A stretch of 63,498 nt of DNA, counting the filler, from Parasitella parasitica NRRL 2501 (taxonomy: Eukaryota > Fungi > Mucoromycota), in assembly GCA_025201805.1 (NCBI GenBank). It is 10 parts of 10 records of this genome, joined end to end, with 100 filler letters (N's around TTAATTAATTAA, not from the genome) between each part and the next. Parts side by side here need not be neighbours in the genome. Positions count along the whole stretch, not along the records: positions 7,554 to 11,950 come from MU619287.1; positions 12,051 to 13,802 come from MU619498.1; positions 13,903 to 17,728 come from MU619295.1; positions 17,829 to 47,408 come from MU619442.1; 6 more parts are not named here. One strand, given 5' to 3'. This document shows positions 11,565 through 23,508 of the stretch, one piece after another. The position numbers and the translations under genes were made by a program. The notes beneath the pieces were generated by a model. That model had not been told where the DNA came from, did no database searches, and saw only the letters and a program-made list of their open reading frames with translations. Numbering within the stretch: position 1 is the first letter of the stretch; the number at the start of each line of letters is the position of its first letter.

Positions 11565-11625
11565 TTAAGTTGCTGACTCACCGGAGTGAGCAGCAACAAC
11601 CACATTGGAGGTGGCGGTATGTCTT
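11537..11625 (-). ncRNA. Candidate Fanzor omegaRNA scaffold
   Basis: Minus-strand hairpins GCTG-CTCAC-TCCG-GTGAG-T-CAGC (11571-11593) and TTGCAG-GTAAGAAG-CTGTAA (11540-11559) straddle the stop codon. Boundaries are inferred. Confidence 0.4.
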
Positions 11626-11950
11626 TTGAAGACCTGGGGGCGGCCATTTCCACACCAAATTGATGTGGCAATGGTGAGCATGTTCTTCGAGGCCATGGCA
11701 TCGCGATTCCAGTAAATATTACAAGTTTTACACTTCAATACCTGATAAATTTTGGTTTCTTCGTTGTCATGGCTTATCTTGAAATTCTCCAGATCTTCTT
11801 TGAGACAGTTGTTGCAGATCTATGAATAATCGGTTTTAGCCGAAAATGCAATATGTGAATTATGTGTGTTTTTTTCTTAATAACCTTCGATGTTTTGAAC
11901 TCATTAATATCTACAAGTAATAGTTCACCAATTCTTTCTCTTGCTTGTAG
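11565..11950 (-). CDS. Fanzor (TnpB-family RuvC nuclease) C-terminus; exons 11950-11885 and 11819-11565; 5' part lost in gap
   Basis: Manual translation LQARERIGELLLVDINEFKTSK|ICNNCLKEDLENF...YQVLKCKTCNIYWNRDAMASKNMLTIATSIWCGNGRPQVFKR...* shows the RuvC-II Glu, two CxxC zinc pairs and the RuvC-III Asp. The 65-nt intron reads GTTATT...GCTAA...TAG. Confidence 0.88.
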
Positions 11951-12065
11951 NNNNNNNNNNNNNNNNNNNNNNNNNNNNNNNNNNNNNNNNNNNNTTAATT
12001 AATTAANNNNNNNNNNNNNNNNNNNNNNNNNNNNNNNNNNNNNNNNNNNNACAGTAGAACCCTAG

Positions 12066-12475
12066 TGTAATGAATGTGTATATAATACATCGAGAGATGT
12101 ATTATGAATAAAGGTGTAATTCTTTGGCAGATTTATTTTATCAGACTTTTGACATAACAATAATGTCGTGTGCAGAGATATATGTTCTAGAGTAAATTTA
12201 TAGGGAAGTATATAGACGATTATATATGAGATCAAAGACGCCTTCATTATTTTAAGATACAATTAATACTTATACTAATTAAAAAGGTTACACACAAAAT
12301 ATGTCTGCACCTGACAATAGTGTCGTGTGCAGATAAATATGTTTTAGAGTAGATTTACAAGGAAGTATGTAAAATGTTATATATGAGATAAAAGATACCT
12401 TTATTATTTTAAGAGACAATTGATATTTATATACTAATTAAAATGGTTACACACAAAGTCTGTGAGCAACTGACA
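12066..12475 (+). mobile_element. Three tandem mini solo LTRs (12066-12159, 12164-12316, 12321-12475)
   Basis: Each unit is TG...CA; the spacers/flanks are 4-bp CTAG, ATAA, ATAG, ATAG. Units 2 and 3 are homologous, with a further copy in reverse at 51889-52039. Confidence 0.7.
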
Positions 12476-12538
12476 ATAGGATACAAAAACTTGAGACAAG
12501 AGACTAAAGGTCAACAAAGCAATGTGGTTGTCGAAAAT

Positions 12539-12610
12539 AGGTCTCACCGAGGATCGAACTCGGATCACAGGATTCAAAGTCCTGTGTACTAACCATTATA
12601 CTATGAAACC
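12539..12610 (-). tRNA. tRNA-Gln (TTG)
   Basis: GGTTTCATAGTATAATGGTTAGTACACAGGACTTTGAATCCTGTGATCCGAGTTCGATCCTCGGTGAGACCT folds as a cloverleaf with anticodon TTG and a TTTT run downstream. Confidence 0.95.
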
Positions 12611-13368
12611 GTACTGCGATTTTGAAAAATACAAATATAAAGATCTAGTATTTAAAAGGAGTAATGTATTTACACAGAAATAGTACAGTGAACGCAGCAT
12701 CAAATTGCGGGTTTAGAAAAACCAAAGTGCGCTAAATAAATATTCAAAGTGCGGGTTTCTCAAAAGTCAAATCGCAGTTTTTTGGGAAATCAATTTGCAG
12801 TTTTCTGTGAAATTAAATAGCGGTAAAGCGAAAAGGATTTATAGGGTACAGGAGACACCCTGAGGACACTAGTTAGAGTCCCACATTTAAAAGACAGCCT
12901 GCTTAAGCTGTTTAATAAATTCACTTATATTGATCATAACTTGAGTTATGAGACGCGCGGGACATTTATTTTGACTTTAAGTGAGGTTTACAACTGTAAT
13001 TATGTGTTGGCGGGACACCATAAATGTGAGTGTGTATTAATATATTATCAGGAGTTAAGGTCGCTATAAAAGCTTCAAAACGATACTCTTGAATAGAATG
13101 TATATGTCTGAAGAATATAGGCGATAAACATAGAGAAAGATTTATTGAACATATTATATTTAAAAACGATAACTTTCAATATGTAAAAGATGATGATTTC
13201 GATAAACAAAATTGGTGAAATGAGAAACGGATCAACTTACTTGGAGATTATATATTCAATTGTAATTTCATTTAGAAGTTGGTCAGGTAATAACATAACA
13301 GCATAATTTATTGAATATAAAAAAGAAGAAAAGAAGAAAAGAAGAAAAGGAGAAAATAAGAAAAGAGG

Positions 13369-13802
13369 TTATTCATCTGCAAAGATGGAGTCTTGGTGTT
13401 TGCTCAAGTAGTCGACTGACCTACCAAGTTGAAGTCGATATGCTTCAGCAATGTCCAAAGCAGTGGTCTCTATAAGGTTTTTTTCCTCAGCGTATTTCTT
13501 GATGGTCATGATGATACGGCGTCTTCGCGAGTAGAAGGTTTTATCTTTTGAGAACCACCCAGGGTAGTTCTGATCCATCCATTGAACCGAATGGCCCCCG
13601 CCTATGCCATCATGCCACTCCTTCCACAACCGAGGAAGCGTACTTGACCCTCTGCTCATTCTGTATGTAGGAGCACTTCCACTTAATTCATCAGCCTCAA
13701 CAACGGTTATCGGCGCTTGAGATGTGGAACTTGATGCTGCAGCAGCAAGGGACATCAACGGAGTAGAGGCAGCAGTTGATGTTATTGTAGGAACCTGATA
13801 AT
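13369..13802 (-). mobile_element. GCR1_C DNA-binding domain, probable Crypton (CryptonF-type) C-terminus; 5' part in gap
   Basis: YRMSRGSSTLPRLWKEWHDGIGGGHSV...W...KTFYSRRRRII pattern, located in TE-rich context. Confidence 0.65.
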
Positions 13803-14413
13803 NNNNNNNNNNNNNNNNNNNNNNNNNNNNNNNNNNNNNNNNNNNNTTAATTAATTAANNNNNNNNNNNNNNNNNNNNNNNNNNNNNNNNNNNNNNNNNN
13901 NNGAAGAAGCGTCTTGAACAAAAGATTTGAATTGGGCCAATCACTTTTTATCTTTTCGCCAAATTATTTTTTGGCTAGTGTCAAAGTAATTTTCTATAAT
14001 CACCATTTAGTTTTCCAAATCGGCCAATATTTCCCAGCCTGACTGTATTGGGAAGATCAATCTCTGTGGTGCTACATTAGTGGCTTCATCAAATTCCCTT
14101 CTTCCATTGGTCATCTTCAAAAATAGACCCTAAGTTCTAGTTTTGCTTTGATTCTCATGTGTCTTATTTACTTGAGCCTTATAGATTTGCCTGAACTTTG
14201 CGACAAAAGCTTTCAGAGTATCTTCATGCTTATTATAGGCTTCAAACCGAACTACTTATTGCTCTCATCATTATTGAGAAAAACTTGTATGGTTGACAGT
14301 TTTTCTTCTGTCAACAAGCGACATGTTAACCTTCAGTTAAATAAGACATGGTCGTGAGAGACAAGAAAAGAAAATTGTTAGTCTTACCTACAACAATCTC
14401 AGTTTCTTCCTAA

Positions 14414-15120
14414 TGTGATAAGTGCTCTCAGAGCCACGCTTTATTTCTGATATTAATATAATAAACCCTTTCTTTCCTATATCTTTCGAAGCCACGCTTC
14501 CTGTAACAAATTACGAATATATCACTATCAATAAAGGGGATCATCTTTAACCAACTCAGCGGCCACAAGAAATTTACAACAGAGAGGATGTTGCAAACAT
14601 TCTCCGAGAATTTGACGCCAACGGGATGAACAACGAGAGATCAGTTACAAGGGGAGGGATTTACCCGAAGGGATCAGAGAGATTTTGGATTTAACGCCAA
14701 CCTCTGATCTTTAAGACGACATTCGACGATATAAAAAACAGATCCCAAGATACAATCATGACGAATGGACAAAGAGCCAACAGATCAAAAAAGACCTTAT
14801 TCCTGAACTCAAAAAAAGAAGTGGACGCATTTCAGGCCGTTTCAATAATATACAAAGAAGCAGAAAGTAGCAGATTTCAAGCATGAGCAGCTACTGAAAT
14901 ATTTTTTTTGGAAGCAATCGACGATAAGGCGCAATTCAGTGATGAAGAAGCCCACTAAGCATTCCTTCCTGCTATATTTAAAGCGTTCAAGGAAAAGGTG
15001 GATTCATCAAGCACCTACATGAAGCTAGGTTTGCGCAAAGGGTTATCTATGGAACAACAAATTCCGGTTGAGATAGAGGCAACTATCAACGAGGATATGG
15101 ACGAGGACAGATTTAATCAA
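14414..15120 (+). pseudogene. Possible decayed retroelement (short TG...CA unit followed by broken coding-like sequence)
   Basis: TGTGA...TAACA unit with AATAAA at 14414-14508, then purine-rich frame fragments with stops. No diagnostic motif recognised. Confidence 0.25.
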
Positions 15121-15279
15121 TAATTTGTATCTTCAGATCAGAAAATAGCCTTTATCCATTCGCATCCTTCAATAATATAGCGCATGATTTTGTTAAAAAA
15201 GGTATACTAATCAATATTGGAAGAACAATAAAAGATACAGATAGTATATATAATCAGAATACACTGGTTGGCGCAATTT

Positions 15280-16896
15280 TTACCGCAATCCACTCGATGC
15301 CCTTTCTAATGTTTGGCGAGCTTCTCCGTGTGGCAGTCCTTTAATTTGACGTTCAGGGTTCACTGAGACACCAGGAGTACTTTTAGTAAGTTCACATAGA
15401 TACGAATAGTTGTCATCTTCATCCAACTCTTCGGGCTCACCCACTAAAGGATTTTGCGTATACACAACATCGTCTATGCTTGTTGTAGTTGGAATGTATT
15501 GCTCAAATAGACTCATTGAAGCAGAGGGAAGATGGTCTAACTTTTGTGTTGGTGTTGTGCAAAAGGATTCATTGTCACCAGCCATTGTATGATACCGCCT
15601 TAGCATGGAATGATTGCCCAAGGAAGGATGCTGTCCATTTCCCTTGTCCAAAACCCTTTCTTCTTGTTGATGTTTGAAGGATGCCACTTCATGTATTACC
15701 ATTTGCTTTAATTCATTTTCATCGCTGCAGTTTTCAAAGCTGTATTGATTTGGCATAGTTGCAGGAGGCACTAGTGACTCTTCAATGGGATCTGAAAATG
15801 GCCGAATGAATAAACATTTTAGTGCTTCTTCTACATTTATTCTTCTGATTGGGTTCAAATCTAACAAGCTCTTTAAAACCTCAATTGCTTCGGGTGGTGC
15901 TGAAGGAAATAACGCAGTAAAATCGACTGATTCAGTAGGAAAAGGTTGCCCATTTGTGGTGCAAATTGAATGAAGATGCGATGATACATTCCTACTAAGG
16001 TCCCAAAATGATACATCTTTAGGGAGACCCATTATACCAAGAATTTTGTGTAGTTGATCTATATGATCTCTGCCTTTAAAAAGTACCTTTCTACCAAGGA
16101 TTTCACCAAAAATACATCCAACAGACCAGATATCGACTATCAATGTTGGTTACAATAGTTGAAAAGAGATGATATATTTCGAGTAACATATTATGTTACA
16201 CACATACTGGCTTTACTGTAGTTTTGACCACTGACCATGATCTCAGGAGATCTATACCATCGTGTCGTGACATATTCCGTTAAATAGAGTGAGGAATCAG
16301 TCTGATTAAAGCTTCTAGCCATACCAAAATCACAAATTCTAATATCGCAATCTCTGTTGACCAAAATATTGGCTGTGATAATAAATTCAGTTAGTAGCAA
16401 AAGAACAAAAAATCAGCAGGTTCAAATGAATTATACCAGGCTTCAGATCTCGATGGATGACATTGGCAGTATGAATGTATTTTAAACCAGAGAGGATTTG
16501 GAACAAAAACCATTGAGAATGAACAATATCAAGCGGCTGCTTTGAATGGATCACATCATGCAGACTTGCATCCATACAGCCAAAAATCAGGTAGATTTCT
16601 TCGGACTCCTCCAGCATATCCATATCAAACAACTCAATGATTCTTGGGTGATTGTTGAATAGCCGAAGTAATTTCATTTCACGTAGACATCTCCTTGTTA
16701 AAAGCTTCTTATCAAATACTCTGTATACTTTTTTAATAGCGCAATACTGTTGATGTTGCAGATCAAACGCGGAACAGACGGTGCCGTATGCACCTGAGCC
16801 AACTTTACGAATGATTCGGTACTTTGCATTGACTGTAAATGTTTCAGCTTTGTTTTCCTTTGAAATAGGAACTGTGACATAGTTAATTTGAGTCAT
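15280..16896 (-). CDS. MAP kinase, TEY type with long C-terminal tail (Slt2/Mpk1-like), 3 exons
   Basis: [39 protein letters not shown] and DIWSVGCI motifs. Confidence 0.93.
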
Positions 16897-17555
16897 TATA
16901 CAAGTTTTATATTATGATGAGAGAAAGAGATGCGAAGAAGAAGCCCAATCTATAACTTTATATAGGAATTTTTCTATTTGCCAAGGCCAAGCCACGGTCC
17001 ATGGTTGATGGTGGAGTGTTGAACCCCCGTATCGTCATTAATAGTGGGAAATGCGCCATATTCTGAGGCGGTAAAAGGATTAAGGTTGTTATAACATCGT
17101 GGCGTATTTAAAATCCATTTTTGATATGTATCATCTTAACGTAATAATAAATTTGCCTATTTGATATGCCAATTCAGATATAGTGAAGATTCTTTTTTAG
17201 CAAAATAGAAATGCCCTCCGAGATCTCCTTGGTGGATAAGCGTAATAAAGAGATTTTGCCTTCTTGGGATTTTATAAATAACACTTGTTGTGCAATAAAA
17301 ATGTGTAAACCTTTTATTATTGAGTCAGCTGTACGATTCCAGCGTATACATGATACATAGGATTTTTTTTAAGATTTCGATAATCACTCGTTTTCTATAT
17401 CACATGACAAGGTATTTTCATAACGACACAATACTGAATGATTGTAATTACCCTGCAGAAATCAAAAATATTACTGCTGCCGCGATCTTTAAATAAATAT
17501 CTTCACGTGAGACAGCATTGTCGCACTCTCTGTGTACTATTGAATGCATTTTCTA

Positions 17556-17728
17556 CAGTTGACGAAACTAGGTTGGGCCAATGAAAATAAATTTTGGTCA
17601 TTTCCAAATTGAGTTGGGACACGAATACAAAAATGGGTCACGAATACGAAAATGGGACAACAAGATGAAAATGGGACATGAGTACGAACATGGAGACAAT
17701 GTTAGTATCTTTCAGAAGAATCAGAATT
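17556..17728 (-). mobile_element. Second copy of the Fanzor-associated transposon end (runs into gap)
   Basis: Matches 11347-11538 except about four substitutions and one fewer 19-nt unit. Preceded by TA; the flank differs. Confidence 0.85.
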
Positions 17729-17828
17729 NNNNNNNNNNNNNNNNNNNNNNNNNNNNNNNNNNNNNNNNNNNNTTAATTAATTAANNNNNNNNNNNNNNNN
17801 NNNNNNNNNNNNNNNNNNNNNNNNNNNN

Positions 17829-19016
17829 AAAAGTTATCTACAAAAACAGTTTTATTTTTCAATATTGATCATGAATATCAGATATTTGCTCATAACTTGT
17901 GCTAAAATAACCGTAGAACCGAGATCTAACTTGGAAAACTTAGCGTTGACTCACCTCTATCTGGAAACAACATTGATATTCATGTTTTCATTGATATCTA
18001 TAAAATTATCAGATGATATCACAAATTAACATATCAGAATTGCATATAATCAATGATAACCTTCGATAAAGACCAAAATAATCACTGTCTTAGGCGCCAT
18101 AAGTACAGGCATGATCATCGCTATATGAGCATAACTTGATTTCCACTGGGCAATGTCTCTATCAAACGTTTCTCGGTTTTCTGTATCGGAGTTTGAAAAA
18201 CACGTGCTTTTCGGTGTGTGCGTAGGTATTATTGTATACTGTAAATTCAATGTGTTGTTATCACTGTTGAGCACTGTTATGCACAGAGGATAAATAAAAA
18301 TAATCTGCTTAAAGAATGTATAACTTTATAAAAATACAATCAGACACATAAATTAATGACTTTATTGATAAGAAAATGCCATCTTTTTATATTAGATTAT
18401 AGGTATCGTAACACTATTTGTCATCAAGGTTAAACATTGAACTTGGTATGTAATACCAAGTTTATTACATGTTCTATTGTACATTAACAGCTTATTTTTT
18501 GTCGTTGTATACAAAGGATTTCCAATCTAATAATTGCTTGATCTCATGCCTTTCTGGGACAACATTTATCTTAAATATCACATATTAGCTCATAACTTTT
18601 GTTCAAATGACCGTAGAACCATGATCTAACTTGGAAAACTTAGTGTTGACTTGGCGCCATCTGGCAACAACATTGACTTCCATATTTTTATTGATATGTA
18701 TAAACGTATCACTTGATATCACAAATCTACATATCAGAACTAAATATAATGGATGATAGGCTGCGATAAAGAGCAAATCAAAGCCTGTTTTATGCGCCAT
18801 CAAATCAGGCATGATCATTGCTATCGTATCTGAGCATAACTTGGTTTGCACTGGGCGATGTGTATATCAAAAGTTATATACGGATTACGCACTTGTTTTT
18901 ATATTTATGAAAATAAATCAAGCCTCTGCTAAAAATGTTTAAATTGATCTAGCTAGTATTTTTGAGACGTAGCATGGCTTGGAACTCAAATCCGCACCTA
19001 AAAATGACCCCCCCCC
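17829..19016. mobile_element. Non-autonomous TIR element family E with internal ~280-bp duplication
   Basis: 17888-18170 is repeated at 18588-18880. 18905-18935 and 18976-19010 are reverse complements of 49100-49130 and 47608-47645. Confidence 0.6.
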
Positions 19017-19553
19017 AATTGAAAACTGTAAAAATTGAAAAAGCATATGTGATATGATCTGTTCTTATAGATAAATATGAAGAGTCTCGAGTATTTTTAT
19101 ATGAAAGCCTTTCATTCTACTAGAATTCATGCACATGTAATTTTTAAACGTAGCTTTAACAATGTTTAATTGATTTACGTGGTTAAAAATATATAAATAA
19201 CGAAGTTCGAGGAAATGAAGATGTCTTTAACTATAACTCTACTAAAAATTATAATGCTCCCACTTTGTAGCAAAGGCTGTTCAGGAATACAACAAAAGTT
19301 TATAACAAGCTTTTTTTTTCTCGTTCGAGTATTATTATAAAATATGTATAAAAAGAAGCAAGTTTTTTGGTAAAAAAAAAAAAAAACTAGATACTGAGAA
19401 AAATATAGTAGGGAGAAAGAGAGAAAGGGAGAGGGAAGGGAAAAAAAATATATAACGAGATATAAAAAAAAAAGGAACCAATATTAAAGGACAAACATAA
19501 GAAAAAACGGAAAATGTAATAGTAGAGAGGAGTGGAGAAAATGTAACAAGTGC

Positions 19554-21180
19554 TTATATTGTCCATAACATAAGATTCTTTTCTTTCTGATGATGACTAG
19601 CTGAAGCAACCAGGGTTTGACCTGTTGGAACGGAGCAGCAAGAAATACTCACCACCATACCCGACTGAGAACCCACTTTCTTTGGCTGAGCGCCTGGAAT
19701 ACCACATTGCCATAGGAAAATATCTTGGTATCCACCATACAGCAAGCATAATTTTTCACTACCTCCATTTACAAATGCACAGCCCGAGATCTTGGATTGG
19801 GGAATGTGGTTCATGACGCATTTCCAATGAGTAGTTTCATAAACACAGATCTTATCTTCAGAGGAAGCGACAAGGAAGTTGCCGTCTGGAGACCAATCAA
19901 ACGAGCAAATGTTCTTGCCATGATCGGTAGCAATGGTGCGTACACCCATATTATCGGTGTTGATGATGTTGCCATGACTACTGTTACTGTTGCCGTTGTT
20001 GCTGGTGTTATTTTTGCTGGATGATGTGATGTCGATAATGTTGATTTGATTGCCTACTGCACAGGCAAGCACACTGGCTGTACGAGGGTGAAAGCGCATA
20101 GGATTAGGCGCAAAACCTGACTTGGATTGTGTCTATGTTGCAATTATTTTTAACTATGTCGCCAACCTTCAATTGAGTGAAATGCTTACCATTTTCAGTG
20201 ATTTCTCACAATTAGACGTATTTAAATTCCAGACCTTCAGTTCGCCTTCTGCATCGAGGGAGCAAATTGTGTCTGGTCTATCCGGAGCAAAATCTACAGC
20301 AGTAACTTGAGCTCTGCAATCCCATTTAGCCAATTGTTTGGGGCTCGCTCCGCTGTCAGTCTTGGAATCTTCCTCTTCTTTGATCATTTTCTCATCCTTT
20401 GTGGTTGATGTTCCTGCTCCCGACGCCACCAAAGCAGAGCCAACATCCCAGATTCTCAACGTTTTATCGTATGATGTAGTTGCTACCAAATTTCGGTTAT
20501 CTGAACTCCATCTAGCACAAGTAATGTTGCCGGTGTGTCCGTCAAGAGTGTATAATGTCTTCTTTTCTTGCACACTCCAAATCATGACTTTACGATCATG
20601 CCCAGCACTAGCTAACCACTGGCCATCCACAGAAAACGCGGCTGTTGATACCTTGTTGGTATGGCCCGACAAATCGCTGTAGAGGCGCAGGGCAGCATTG
20701 GCGTTCATATTGACTGCATGAGGTGTATGCACTCCGGCACTCCCGGTGTTGCCACCCAAACCACTGTCTAAATCAAGTCCTCCCCCCATGCTTGCCAGAA
20801 AACCACCTCCAAACGGATCCAAATCAGTGCCATCGCCTCCCATTAATAAATTTTGATCAGGATTTTCGTCTCCAGAGGCAAACATCTCGCCAAAATCGCC
20901 ACTGTCGCCCATCATGAAGCGCTCTAAATCGAATGAAAGCACGTTGCTGTTGTTCATGTTGTTGGCAGCGTTGTTTTGAGCAGCAGCTACATTTGCAGCA
21001 TTAGCAGCGGCGGCCATGCTGCCTGGGTTGTTCATGTTGGCAGCAGGTGACTGCATGTCGTTCATGGGTGAATCCATGTCTGGATTCCAAGACATACGTT
21101 GTTGCTGCTGTAATTGCTGCTGCTGTTGCTGTGACGTACCTGAGATATTGTTACGACTCAATTGAGGCGAGTTCATTTGC

Positions 21181-21231
<51 letters not shown>

Positions 21232-21726
21232 TGCTGCTGTTCGAATTGTGTTCTCTGCTGAGCAGCCAATCTTTGTTGCATTGCTATGACAGGGGATTCG
21301 TTAGGCTGCTGCTGGGCGTTCATAACATGAGGACTCGCTTTGTGAGGTAATTGAGGCGATTGCTGCATTTGCTGAGGGGTTGTAACAGGCGCTTCATCAG
21401 TATTCGCGGTACGCTGCCTCTTTTGTGGTGGAGGATGAGCAAATTGAGCTTGCTGTTGAGCTTGTTGCTGCTGCTGCATTGCATGGTGTATCTGACGGCG
21501 TTGATACAATGCAACTGCAATGTTCTTCTTTTTGTCTCCACCTTCCGGAGATCCACTACCGGGTATAACTGCTGGATTAGGACTACCCATCGAATTCATG
21601 TTGGGTGGAGTTTGTGGTCCATTTCCACTGCTTTGTCCAGGCGGGAGTTGCTGTGGCTGTTGCTGGGGTGTCGGCTGTTGAGAATGAGGTTGTCCCGGAA
21701 CTTGGTTTGGTGGCTGCTGCTGCTGC

Positions 21727-21758
<32 letters not shown>

Positions 21759-23468
21759 GGGAGGTTGCTGTTGGGGAGGACCTCCTTGATTTTGTTGCTG
21801 CTGCTGCGCTTGTTGTGTTGCTTGAGCCTGTTGTGCTTGCTGTTGTTGCATCATACGGCGTTGATTCATAATCATACGTTGTTGCTGAGCAGCCAGCAGC
21901 TAATACGTGTATTAGTATCGCCCTTTTATTTATCACAAAAAACAACTTACTTGCTGCTGCTGTTGCTGCTGCTGAGGTGTTAGTCCGGCTGGCATTTGAC
22001 CCTTGTTCATCATTTGTTGGGTAAGCATAAGGTTCACTGGCGTGTAAAAAACAAACATTTAAAACCAAAAAGGGGCATAAAAGAAACGAAACTTACCATC
22101 ACCGTTAAATGGCATTCCACCATTCATCAAATTTGGGCTCTGCATGTTGGGATTCATGCCCATTTGTCCTCCAGGACCTACCATGTGTGGCCTCGGCTGT
22201 CCATTTACTATATACATATTGTCAGCATAGAAACAGCGACAACACAAACAAACAAACAACAACTTACCAGGAGGGCCAACGGGACCCATACGTTGAGCAG
22301 GATCGACTTGAGGGCTCTGGCCCATTGGATGCTGTTGCTGAGGGGTGTGAGGAGGCAATTGGGCCTGTTGCTGCTGAGGAGTTCCTAGCGCCTGTTGCTG
22401 TTGTTGCTGCATTTGGTGCTGTTGCTGAGGCGTGCCTTGAGGCAAATGCTGTTGCTGCTGAGCGTGTTGTGGGGGCATGCCCTGCTGTTGCTGGTGCTGC
22501 TGTTGTTGTTGCTTCTGCTGTTGCTGTAAATGCTGCTGCTGGAGCATGGCTTGTTGCTGCTGTTGTTGCTGTTGCAAAAGAGCTTGCTGTTGCATTTGCA
22601 GTCTGGCTTGAGCCTGAGGGTTATTTGCTAGCATACTTTTTTTTCGCTTCTGTTAATGCATATTGTACACACACACACACACACACACAAGTCAAATAAT
22701 TGATAGAGGACTTACGGATTATTTCTCATCATGGTCATTTGCTGGTTCATGGATATCGCTCTCATCTGGTTCTGAAGAATAAGCTATCATACACGTCAAT
22801 TGTTTTATTCCTTGTCTGAATTCAGCGCTACTTACCTTCTCTTCATGAGTGAGTGATTGCTGATCACGTCCCCCTAGACCCACGGCATTCATGGCTGCCA
22901 TAACCATCGAGTTGTGTTGCTGCGCTCTATGAGCTGTGGCCATCATGGATTGTTGCATCGGCATTTGTTGACCTACCATTGGTGAAGTCATCATACCCTC
23001 GGCCCCCGGTGGTGGTGGAGGATGAGGCCCTCCTACGCCAGACACGACTTCAACGCCTCGCTGCATCTGTTGTGGTGAAAAAGAAGGAGACGCATTGTGT
23101 CTTCCCGGTATATGTTGTTGAGGCAAATTAGCTGGCATGCTTTGAGGCGTATTTACAATATTGTTGGAGTTATTATTAGGGGGTGGCGGCATACCGTTAT
23201 TATTTGGCAAGGAAGCCGTGCTGCTTGCAGGTGATGGTCGTAAATCTCGTGATAGCTGCTGTTGCTGTTGTGAGGGAACGCTCTGTTGTTGTAAATGAGG
23301 AGTTTGCTGTTGTTGCTGATCCTGCTGCTGCTGTTGCTGTTGCTGAACTTGCTGCTGTTGATGTGCAGGCAGCTGGGGAGACTGAGCAGCTCTTTGAGCT
23401 TCGGAAGCTCTGCGTTGCGCTTGCTGCTGAGCCTGCAACTGGGCCTGCTGCTGAGCTTGAGCTTGTTG

Positions 23469-23508
<40 letters not shown>

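Noticed and set aside
9459-16896. GPD plus MAP kinase as an osmotic-stress (HOG) cluster
   Set aside because: The kinase has TEY rather than TGY, and the genes are separated by TEs and contig joins.
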